Shown here piece by piece: positions 1 to 7,920 of a stretch of 20,167 nucleotides of DNA (the stretch's first letter is position 1; every line of letters begins with the position of its first letter). The position numbers and the translations under genes were made by a program. This DNA comes from Nanohaloarchaea archaeon B1-Br10_U2g1 (GTDB lineage: Archaea > Nanohalarchaeota > Nanosalinia > Nanosalinales > Nanosalinaceae), in NCBI GenBank assembly GCA_001563875.1, contig LKMN01000011.1:1-20167 (forward strand). The letters run 5' to 3'. The notes beneath the pieces are model-generated. The model made no database searches. It was not told where the DNA came from and saw only the letters and a program-made list of their open reading frames with translations.

Positions 1-104
1 CAGGATATGCCTTAATTTTCGGCCTAGCCTTAACAAGTTCTATAGCTTCTAAGACCGGAAATAAAATGGAAGAGAGCTTGAAGGAGTCTCAAAGTGGTTT
101 TTAG
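1..104 (+). CDS. 3' end of a probable membrane protein (partial)
   Basis: Open frame from position 3 reads GYALIFGLALTSSIASKTGNKMEESLKESQSGF with TAG at 102-104: a hydrophobic segment followed by a charged tail. Confidence 0.55.
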   Translation, partial: GYALIFGLALTSSIASKTGNKMEESLKESQSGF

Positions 105-122
105 ATCAACGTTTACTCCTCA

Positions 123-132
123 TCTTTTAACA
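123..132 (+). promoter_or_regulatory. TATA box of the SRP RNA gene
   Basis: TTTTAA at 125-130, about 27 bp upstream of the inferred RNA 5' end (157). Confidence 0.55.
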
Positions 133-156
133 TTTTGTAAACCATAACGAATCTAT

Positions 157-422
157 GGTAGGTCGGGCGGTTTGGGGTCGCCTCTTTCCGGAAAACCTCG
201 TTATGCCGGAGCCATCAACCAGAGAGCGGCGTTCTGTCCAGGTTTCAGTTCCTGGATGGATTGCTGACGGTCCGTCCTCCGGGATACTGCATGGTGTGAA
301 CCGGGTCAGGCCTTGACGGGAGCAGCCCTAAGCATCAAGTAGTATGTTCGGAGGGTGGCGGACCTGAGATCTTTCAGGAGTCTCTGAGCTTGGAGAGACG
401 TCCACCTCTGGGAACCTCTACT
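157..422 (+). ncRNA. ffs: Signal recognition particle RNA (7S), Alu domain present, helix 6 apparently absent
   Basis: Helix-8 signature GAACCGGGTCAGG-CCT-TGAC-GGG-AGCAGCCCTAAGC at 298-333. Long helix 5 pairs by eye (CCAGAG/CTCTGG, TCCAGGTTTCAG/CTGAGCTTGGA, GGTCCGTC/GGCGGACC). Alu hairpins GGCGG..TCGCC and TCCGG..CCGGA are present, the termini pair (GGTAG/CTACT) and a T-run follows. Ends are approximate. Confidence 0.92.
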
Positions 423-548
423 TTTAACAACCCTGTCTGTATTACATTTTCTCTGCTTTAGACCATTTTAGCCAATATTGTATTACAATCTCTTGAGGAG
501 GGTTTAATTTACAACTTTAACGACACCATAGACATATGTGATAACTCA

Positions 549-1160
549 TTGATCTATGTTTACGGGACTTCTCACGTCTCTAAAGAAAGTCTGGAGCTTG
601 TGGAAGAGAAAATAAACGAGCATAATCCCGACATAGTTGCTTTAGAGCTAGACCGTCTACGTCTAAAATCGCTGATAAATGATGAAAGAAGTATGTCCGG
701 ACCAGTATTCATAAAGCTTATACAGAAGTTTCAACAGACCATAGGAAGGAAAACAGGTGTAATGCCCGGAGAAGAGATGCTATACGCATACAAAAAGGCG
801 GTTGGAGAGGACCGCGACATAGCTCTTATAGACCAAGACGTGAGAAACACTGTTAGAAAGCTGAAAGCTGTACATTTAACGGAGAAGATAAAAGTAGGTG
901 CCGGACTTCTACTAGGCTTCGTATCCCGGAACAAGTTCAATATCTCAGAGATACCTGAGGAAGAGCTTATAGATGAAATTCTATATGAGATGAGCTTCAA
1001 ATTCCCCGGCCTTTATAGAGTTCTAGTAGAGGAACGGAACAGATATATGACAAAGGCTCTGAGACAGTTACAGGAAGAAAATCCTGACCAAACCATAGTA
1101 GCCTTTGTCGGAGCAGCTCACAGGAAGGCTATTGAGAACGAACTTGAGGGTATGCGGTAA
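549..1160 (+). CDS. TraB/PrgY/GumN family protein
   Basis: Motifs GTSHVS, DIVALELD, LIDQD, ERNRYM and VAFVGAAH are typical of TraB-domain proteins; TTG start. Confidence 0.85.
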   Translation: MIYVYGTSHVSKESLELVEEKINEHNPDIVALELDRLRLKSLINDERSMSGPVFIKLIQKFQQTIGRKTGVMPGEEMLYAYKKAVGEDRDIALIDQDVRNTVRKLKAVHLTEKIKVGAGLLLGFVSRNKFNISEIPEEELIDEILYEMSFKFPGLYRVLVEERNRYMTKALRQLQEENPDQTIVAFVGAAHRKAIENELEGMR

Positions 1161-1170
1161 CCTCTGTTCT

Positions 1171-1184
1171 AAGAAGTTTTTAAC
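1171..1184 (+). promoter_or_regulatory. BRE/TATA promoter for 1208 gene (leaderless)
   Basis: AAGAAG followed by TTTTTAA (1177-1183), 24 bp before the ATG at 1208. Confidence 0.55.
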
Positions 1185-1207
1185 TCTCGGAACCTATTAA
1201 CCATTTA

Positions 1208-1687
1208 ATGACCGACTTCGAGAGAGAACTAGTAAATGCATTCAACCAGTTCTTCAATCAGGAAAAGATCCAAGGCATAGCACATAGGAAGAAACAGCAC
1301 CGTTTCTCCAGCCAGTTGTGCGACGTACTTGTTGACTCTCCTCACGAAATGTTTTACCTGGCCATAGAGAATAAGTCGGTTAAAACATCATCAACAAATA
1401 AACTATACTTCTCGCAGCATTTCTCCGAAAGTTCCGGCGGCCACCAGGTAGAGAGAATTTCTAACTTCCTAGACAGATCTGGACGCACAGGTTTCCTAGC
1501 AGTAGAGCTTAAGAGAGGGCGCGGACGTTCTCGTAAAGCCTATATGGTTCCTTGGCAGACTATCCGTAGTAGGTTCGAAAGTAACGAGACCGGTATCCAT
1601 CTCGATAAGATACAAGAGTATCCTGAGGTCTTGAGAGACTCAGAAAGTTATTCTGTCGCAGAAATATGTCAGAATCTAGAAATTTAG
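1208..1687 (+). CDS. PD-(D/E)XK nuclease, Holliday-junction-resolvase-like (Hjc/RecU-like)
   Basis: N-terminal FEREL helix, CDVLVD, AIENKS (ExK), HQVERI and GFLAVEL; 159 aa fits a stand-alone resolvase-like fold. Confidence 0.65.
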   Translation: MTDFERELVNAFNQFFNQEKIQGIAHRKKQHRFSSQLCDVLVDSPHEMFYLAIENKSVKTSSTNKLYFSQHFSESSGGHQVERISNFLDRSGRTGFLAVELKRGRGRSRKAYMVPWQTIRSRFESNETGIHLDKIQEYPEVLRDSESYSVAEICQNLEI

Positions 1688-1724
1688 ACTATCTTTAAAC
1701 CTTTTAGATTATAAAGCAGTTAAC

Positions 1725-2327
1725 ATGGAACCATTCAAACCTGACATAGAAGAGCTGAACCATTTCGTTGTAGCCGGACTTGTAACGGCTGCAGCACTCA
1801 CAGCTTATCACCAGTCAGTGGAGTTTATCTCTGTCGGCTCCTATCTGCTTATAGGCTTTCTGGTAATTCTTGCAAGAGAGCTAGGTCAGAGGACTATTGC
1901 ACAGTGGATGCGTGGAGACACAGAGTTACATCTCTCTGTTAAGGGTTCTATAGTCACTATTATAGGAGGCATAATAGCTGTTATAACTCAGCTGCCCGTG
2001 ATACTGCTTTTCCCTGTTTACAACTCTTATTCTATGAAAAGTTATGAGAACTGGGAGAAAAGTATCAACGCCATGTGGATTAAAAGAGAGATGCAGATAA
2101 TAACCGGAGGGCTTATCGCGTTATTCTTAGGATGGTTTATCTCACTCCAACTAGGATACACAGCTGCTGCACAGGCATTCGCTCTATTTGCGCTGTTCCA
2201 GTTACTACCTTTCGACTATCCAAGTATACCGACCGGGAAGCTTGACGGAGCAACAATACTAAGATTCAACAGTTTCAGGTGGCTTGTGTTTTTCGCTCTT
2301 GCGCTTATCGCATTAGCCCTGGTATGA
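1725..2327 (+). CDS. Membrane protein, degenerate M50 (site-2 protease)-like
   Basis: About 6 hydrophobic segments. RELGQ sits where HExxH is expected and FQLLP..LDG where FNLLP..LDG is expected. TATA TTTAAA at 1694-1699. Confidence 0.65.
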   Translation: MEPFKPDIEELNHFVVAGLVTAAALTAYHQSVEFISVGSYLLIGFLVILARELGQRTIAQWMRGDTELHLSVKGSIVTIIGGIIAVITQLPVILLFPVYNSYSMKSYENWEKSINAMWIKREMQIITGGLIALFLGWFISLQLGYTAAAQAFALFALFQLLPFDYPSIPTGKLDGATILRFNSFRWLVFFALALIALALV

Positions 2328-2366
2328 ACCAGACTGTTTTTATTCAAGCTTAGGTAAGTCGGAGTT

Positions 2367-3629
2367 ATGCCTAAGATCAGTGTCGGCAGAGACAAGAAGG
2401 ATAGAGAGGAGTACGGTCTTAAGGGCACCGGTATAATAGGAAGACATCTTGTAGGAGAAAAAGAAGAAGCACATAAAGCAAACCCTATCTACTTCGATCT
2501 AGCTCGCCCTCACGTAATGGGAGTATTTGGAAAACGAGGAACAGGTAAAAGCTATTCTCTCGGCACTATAGCCGAAGAACTGCAGACCACAGATATCTCC
2601 AACAACCTTTCAACCATTATAATTGATCCTATGGGAATCTACTGGTCAATGAAGAGGCCTAACGATCGCTCAATAACCGTTCTAGAAGACTGGGATCTAA
2701 AACCAGCAAACTTTGATGCGAAAGTATACATACCCGAAGGGAAGACACAAGAGTTTGAAGAGAAAGAGATGCCTTACGACGACACATTTACGTTAAAGCC
2801 CGGAGAGCTTACAGCACAAGAGTGGGCGATGGCATTCAACATAGATATATCTTCAGAAAGAGGAATACTTCTCGAAAGAGTTGTATCAAGACTTGAAGAC
2901 AGTTACGGAACAGAGTACAGAATAGACCATATAATAGAAGGTATAAAGAAACTAGATTTCTCTGAAGAAGCTACAGACGGACTGGTAAACCGTTTCAACG
3001 CTGCTAAAGACTGGGGAGTTTTCGGAGAAGAATCGTCACTTGAAAAATTCACCACACGAGGAGAACTTTCCATAGTTGATGTATCAGTATTTGGAGAGCT
3101 TTCATCAGGATGGTCCGTAAGATCGCTTATAGTGGCGCTGATGGCTAAGAGAATTCTAAAAGAACGTATGAAGGCTCGTAGAATAGAAGAGATAGACGAG
3201 ATGCAGAATATCTCGGAGAACGAGATGCCTATCACATGGATGTTTATAGATGAGGCTCACGAGTTTCTTCCAGCAAACGGCAAAACACCTGCTTCAGATC
3301 CATTACTCAAATGGGTAAAGATTGGTAGGGAGCCAGGAGTCTCATTGGTGCTGGCTACACAACAACCCGCTAAACTTCATCCGAACGCGCTTTCACAGTG
3401 CGACATAGTTCTTTCACACCGTCTAACCGCTAGACAGGACATAGAAGCCCTAGGAGAGATAATGCAGACCTATATGAGGCACGATATCAAGCACTACATA
3501 GATGCCTTACCGGACATGCCCGGAACAGGTTTGATACTCGACGACAACTCAGAAAGAATATACCCTATACAGATGAGGCCTCGTAAATCCTGGCACGCAG
3601 GAGGAACACCGGATGCATTCGACGAATGA
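2367..3629 (+). CDS. HerA/FtsK-superfamily ATPase (DUF87-type)
   Basis: PHVMGVFGKRGTGKS (Walker A), IIIDPMG, MFIDEAH (Walker B), IGREPG and LATQQP. TATA-like TTTTTATT at 2337-2344. Confidence 0.88.
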   Translation: MPKISVGRDKKDREEYGLKGTGIIGRHLVGEKEEAHKANPIYFDLARPHVMGVFGKRGTGKSYSLGTIAEELQTTDISNNLSTIIIDPMGIYWSMKRPNDRSITVLEDWDLKPANFDAKVYIPEGKTQEFEEKEMPYDDTFTLKPGELTAQEWAMAFNIDISSERGILLERVVSRLEDSYGTEYRIDHIIEGIKKLDFSEEATDGLVNRFNAAKDWGVFGEESSLEKFTTRGELSIVDVSVFGELSSGWSVRSLIVALMAKRILKERMKARRIEEIDEMQNISENEMPITWMFIDEAHEFLPANGKTPASDPLLKWVKIGREPGVSLVLATQQPAKLHPNALSQCDIVLSHRLTARQDIEALGEIMQTYMRHDIKHYIDALPDMPGTGLILDDNSERIYPIQMRPRKSWHAGGTPDAFDE

Positions 3630-4149
3630 ACTTTTACCAGGAATCTTTCCTCCTTACACTGTAGAAGAAAGACTTATACAGCTTCTTAACGCTCCTGTAG
3701 AGCAGCCTGAACTATTAACAACCCTGCTACCAATAATTATCGGTTTCATAGTGATAGAACTCTACTTCGGCAAACATAAGACTGAAGAGTTAGGATGGAA
3801 CACATCCGTTGGTAACGCCATAATCTGGGTCACCACAGGCCTTTCAGTTCTTATAACTGAGGACCTAGGTCAGGGAGAACAGTTCCTTATCTACTCCTTG
3901 ATCCTTTTAGGGGTTTTTGTCGGATATATGAACTTTTTCCATAAATGGTCTTCAGAAATAGCCTTTACCGTTTCTTCCGCAGGAATAATCTACTCTTTCG
4001 CCTATATAGCAGTCGTTATAGCTAAAACAGATATACCTGTCAACGAGACAGTATTAAAAGCCAGTCTTGTATTCATAGTTGGCGTGAATATATTCTTCAA
4101 GATCGTGAAATGGCTCGAACCACCTTCACGAGACGATCTCAGGTTCTAA
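3613..4149 (+). CDS. Polytopic membrane protein (about 5 TM), unknown function
   Basis: Several hydrophobic segments; overlaps the ATPase end by 17 nt, with a GGAGGA SD at 3600-3605. Confidence 0.8.
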   Translation: MHSTNELLPGIFPPYTVEERLIQLLNAPVEQPELLTTLLPIIIGFIVIELYFGKHKTEELGWNTSVGNAIIWVTTGLSVLITEDLGQGEQFLIYSLILLGVFVGYMNFFHKWSSEIAFTVSSAGIIYSFAYIAVVIAKTDIPVNETVLKASLVFIVGVNIFFKIVKWLEPPSRDDLRF

Positions 4150-4194
4150 ATATTTCCGAGTTTTATCAAGTTTCAGTACGTACAAGTATATTAG

Positions 4195-6339
4195 ATGGAA
4201 TTTCTCAAGACCGATAAAATAGAATCTAGAGCATACCAAGAAGTTATAGCTGCCTCCGCCATAAAAGAGAACACATTAGTTGTGCTTCCAACAGGTCTCG
4301 GTAAAACTGTTATAGCTGCAATGGTGTCAGCCAAAAAGCTCGAAGAAGGTAAGATACTTTTCTTAGCTCCTACAAAGCCTTTGGTCGAACAGCATCTCAG
4401 AAGTTTCAAAGACTTTGTTGATATTGAGAGAGACCAGATGACTATCCTGACAGGTAAGACTCGTCCAAAACAGAGATACAAGCTATGGAACGAGAAAAAG
4501 GTCTTCTTCGCAACACCTCAAGTGGTTGAAAACGATCTAATCGCCAACAAAGTCCCTGTGGACGATTTTTCAATGGTGATATTCGATGAAGCTCACCGTG
4601 CAACAGGAGAGTACAGTTATGTGTTCATAAGTGAAAAGATGAGCTGTCATAAACTGGCTTTAACAGCTTCGCCAGGAGGCACAAAGCAAAAGATAATGGA
4701 TGTAAGCGATAAGCTGGAGATAGAGAACTTTGAGGTCCGTACACGTGACGATCCTGATGTAGAACCCTATGTAGAGGAACGTGATATCGACTGGATACAT
4801 GTAAGCCTTGACAACCGTTTTGAGAAGGCTAAAGAAGGTTTCGAAAAGAGTTACCGCAGCCAGCTCAAACAGTTAAAGAAGCTCGGACAGATATCATCAA
4901 CTTCTAACGTTCATAAAGGAGACCTCCTTAAGATAAGAGGTAAGATCGGTTCCAAACTTTCTAACTCTGACGATCCCAAACTCTACAAGTCGATCTCAGT
5001 TGTCGCCACAGCATTGAAGATCTCACAAGCATTAGAGCTTCTTGAGACGCAAGGAGTATCTCAGTGCTACAGCTATATCCAGAGATTAGAAAAAGATGAT
5101 TCTAAAGCAGCTAAGAGAGCTTTGGGCAACGAAGATTTTCAGAGCGGTAAGAGTATGATCGAGTTCCTAAAGAAGAAAGGTGAAGAACATCCCAAAATGG
5201 ACAAGTTGAGGGATTTAATTGGAGACATGGACGAAGATGAGAAAGCCTTGGTTTTCACAGAATACCGTGAATCAACTGAGAGGATTGCCGAAGAACTTAA
5301 CACCGAAGGACTGAATGCTGTAAAGTTCATAGGGCAGCAGGGCGAGAAAGGTATGAGCCAGAAGAAACAGGCTGAAGTACTCAAAGCGTTTGGAGAAGGA
5401 AAGTTTAACGTTGTGGTTTCCACGAGTATAGGCGAAGAAGGACTGGATATTCCGGCTGTTGACTACGTGGTTTTCTACGAACCCGTTCCTTCAGGAATAC
5501 GTGATATTCAGCGTTCAGGACGTACCGGTAGACAGGAAGCCGGTAAAGTTTATGTACTTATAGCGGAAAATACTAGAGACGAAGGTCACTACTGGAGCGC
5601 CCACCATAAAAAGAAGAAGATGAACAAGGTGTTGAACGAGCTGAAAAACGAAGAACGGGAAACAAACAAACAGAAAACTTTGGACGGATACAGCCAAGAG
5701 GAGAACGACATAGTAATCATAGCTGATGATAGAGAGAACTCCGTATCTAAAAAACTGTCAAAACTAGATCTAACAGTCAGAAAGAAGAGACTGGATGTCG
5801 GAGACTTCTTGGTCTCAGAAGAAACAGCTGTAGAAAGAAAAGCCGACTCAGACTTTGTGGACTCTCTTGTCGACCAGAGACTTTTCGAACAGATACAGGA
5901 GCTTGGACAGTTCGAAAACCCCTTGCTCATCATAGAAGGAGAAGATCTTTACTCCCATAGAAAAATACATCCTAACGCTATAAGAGGGGCTTTAGCGTCA
6001 GTGACTGTTGATTACGGGATACCTATAATATGGACAGATAATGAAGATGGTACAGCCGATATGCTGAAAACCTTAGCAAAACGAGAGCAGGAAGAAAAAG
6101 ACAAAGAAGTTGCCATAAGAGGAAAAACCAGTCCTAAATCAAGCGAGGAACTTCAAAAGTTTGTAGTGGCAGGTCTACCTAGTATAAACACAAAACTGGC
6201 TGAGAGACTGCTGGAAAAGTTTGGGTCGATAGAGGAAGTATTCACTGCTTCAGAGAGTAAGTTGAAACAGGTCGAAGGTATAGGAGAGAAAAAGGCTGGT
6301 AAAATCCGAGACCTAGTAAAAAAAGATTACAATGAGTAA
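4195..6339 (+). CDS. hef: Hef helicase-nuclease (FANCM/XPF family)
   Basis: SF2 motifs RAYQ, LPTGLGKT, DEAH, LTASPG, STSIGEEGLDIP and QRSGRTGR, then an ERCC4 nuclease domain (GDFLVS..VERK..DF, LIIEG) and a C-terminal HhH2 (VEGIGEKKA). Confidence 0.95.
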   Translation: MEFLKTDKIESRAYQEVIAASAIKENTLVVLPTGLGKTVIAAMVSAKKLEEGKILFLAPTKPLVEQHLRSFKDFVDIERDQMTILTGKTRPKQRYKLWNEKKVFFATPQVVENDLIANKVPVDDFSMVIFDEAHRATGEYSYVFISEKMSCHKLALTASPGGTKQKIMDVSDKLEIENFEVRTRDDPDVEPYVEERDIDWIHVSLDNRFEKAKEGFEKSYRSQLKQLKKLGQISSTSNVHKGDLLKIRGKIGSKLSNSDDPKLYKSISVVATALKISQALELLETQGVSQCYSYIQRLEKDDSKAAKRALGNEDFQSGKSMIEFLKKKGEEHPKMDKLRDLIGDMDEDEKALVFTEYRESTERIAEELNTEGLNAVKFIGQQGEKGMSQKKQAEVLKAFGEGKFNVVVSTSIGEEGLDIPAVDYVVFYEPVPSGIRDIQRSGRTGRQEAGKVYVLIAENTRDEGHYWSAHHKKKKMNKVLNELKNEERETNKQKTLDGYSQEENDIVIIADDRENSVSKKLSKLDLTVRKKRLDVGDFLVSEETAVERKADSDFVDSLVDQRLFEQIQELGQFENPLLIIEGEDLYSHRKIHPNAIRGALASVTVDYGIPIIWTDNEDGTADMLKTLAKREQEEKDKEVAIRGKTSPKSSEELQKFVVAGLPSINTKLAERLLEKFGSIEEVFTASESKLKQVEGIGEKKAGKIRDLVKKDYNE

Positions 6340-6790
6340 AAAACCATTGATTATAGGTATAGACCCAGGAAATACTTCTGCTGTTGCTGGCTTCAACTTC
6401 AATGGAGAACTGGAACTTCTTGAAAGTAGAAAGGAGTTTCCTTCTGATGAAATAATTAGAAGAATTATTGAAACAGGACTACCTGTTGTTGTCGCCTCCG
6501 ACAGGAAGAATATGCCTTCAACCGTTGAAAAAATAGCTCAGTCAGTGGGGGCCAGAAAGTTTGAGCCTTCAGAAGATCTCAGTACCGGAAGAAAAGAAAA
6601 GATGGGTGAAGGAGATAACTCGCATGAAATAGATGCGTATGCATCAGGACTCTACGCCTATAATTCGTTAAGAAGGAATATAAGAAAAGTCAAGAAGCTT
6701 TCTGAAAAAAGTGATAAGGATTTAGAGGAAGTGGCTAGAAGATATTTTTCCTCAAACAGGTTAGGCGACAACCTTCAGGAACAGAAATAA
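6332..6790 (+). CDS. DUF460-like RNase H-fold protein (short form)
   Basis: LIIGIDPGNTSAVA, GLPVVVASD and NSHEIDAYA; overlaps the hef stop by 8 nt. Confidence 0.75.
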   Translation: MSKKPLIIGIDPGNTSAVAGFNFNGELELLESRKEFPSDEIIRRIIETGLPVVVASDRKNMPSTVEKIAQSVGARKFEPSEDLSTGRKEKMGEGDNSHEIDAYASGLYAYNSLRRNIRKVKKLSEKSDKDLEEVARRYFSSNRLGDNLQEQK

Positions 6791-6817
6791 TACTATCGGA
6801 CTTCTATAAACTTTCAG

Positions 6818-7312
6818 ATGCTTGAAAAAATAGACGAGCATAGACTTAGGAAAACCTCTGTATTCGTATTAAAGCTTATGTTAGCAGGCCTGATATTTCG
6901 ATTAGTCATCTTTTTAGACCCTGATACTTACGTCTTGCAGAGCTACTTAGCGGAGCTTACAAAACAGGTTGTAAACATATTAGGATTAAACCTTGAAAGA
7001 TCGGGCATCACATTGGTAGGTAGCGAAAAATCTTTCATAGTTGTGAGAGACTGTCTAGGCTGGAAATCTATTTCAGTATTCATAGCTCTGGTATTTGCAT
7101 CAACAAGAAACATCTTGGAGCAATGGAAGATAATCTTAATAGGCATACTAATATTATCAGCTGCTAACTTATTTAGAGTGATTTCTACAGTCTACCTCAG
7201 TTATATTGGCTTGATATCTTTCGATATAATACACAGTTTTCTCTGGAGATGGGGTCTCACACTAACGGTTCTAGCTATCTGGTATATCTGGCTTAGAAGT
7301 TTGGAACTCTAG
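6818..7312 (+). CDS. Exosortase/archaeosortase family protein
   Basis: Multi-TM protein with a Cys-Arg-His-type arrangement: VVRDCLGW, ANLFRV, FDIIHSFLW. Confidence 0.85.
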   Translation: MLEKIDEHRLRKTSVFVLKLMLAGLIFRLVIFLDPDTYVLQSYLAELTKQVVNILGLNLERSGITLVGSEKSFIVVRDCLGWKSISVFIALVFASTRNILEQWKIILIGILILSAANLFRVISTVYLSYIGLISFDIIHSFLWRWGLTLTVLAIWYIWLRSLEL

Positions 7313-7361
7313 CCCTAACACCTAACAAACCTTTAAGTAGTAGAAAATAGAAACCGTAGAT

Positions 7362-7895
7362 ATGAGTAAGTTTAGCAGTAAAGGAATATCGCCTTTAATT
7401 GCGGCTGTTCTACTTATCGCCTTTACAATGGCAATAGCCTCTATCTTTGCACAGTGGGCTCCACAGCTTATGGACGATGCTACTGGAGACACACAGGAGA
7501 GAGCTGCAGAGATACAAGACTGCACACAAATCCAAATGGAGATAGTTGACGTAGATGACGAAAACGAGACTGCTCAAGACGTAACAGTACGTCAAACCGC
7601 GGGAAGTGCAGGAGCAGGACTAGTATCCGTATCTTGGTTCTATGATGATGGCGGCCCTGTTCAAGAGACAACTTTCCTCGGTGAAGACGATGACTTCATC
7701 GAAGATAATACTGATGAAGAAGATCCAACCCGAGACGACTTGTCTGACGAAGACTTCCAGGAGATGCTTGACAACAATCCAAGAGACAGCATCACACTAA
7801 CACCTGACGAAGATGAGGTTGGAAACACCCTCGAACAAGTCTCATTGGATCCAGTGGACTGTGAAGGCGCAGGAACTACATCTTGGTCGCGATAA
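7362..7895 (+). CDS. Type IV pilin with archaellin/PilA-like class III signal peptide
   Basis: SKG|ISPLIAAVLLIAFTMAIASIF, an acidic globular domain and a Cys pair. TATA TTTAAG at 7332-7337. Confidence 0.88.
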   Translation: MSKFSSKGISPLIAAVLLIAFTMAIASIFAQWAPQLMDDATGDTQERAAEIQDCTQIQMEIVDVDDENETAQDVTVRQTAGSAGAGLVSVSWFYDDGGPVQETTFLGEDDDFIEDNTDEEDPTRDDLSDEDFQEMLDNNPRDSITLTPDEDEVGNTLEQVSLDPVDCEGAGTTSWSR

Positions 7896-7920
7896 GAAGT
7901 TTAGGGTTCAAATCCCGAGC

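Noticed and set aside
157-422. tRNA, RNase P RNA or CRISPR as the explanation for the GC-rich structured segment
   Set aside because: No cloverleaf or repeat-spacer pattern; the SRP helix-8 motif and long helix 5 explain it.
2367-3629. Canonical HerA repair helicase or a HerA-based anti-phage system
   Set aside because: No HAS barrel, and no NurA/Mre11/Rad50 or Sir2-type partner adjacent; the coupled gene is a membrane protein.
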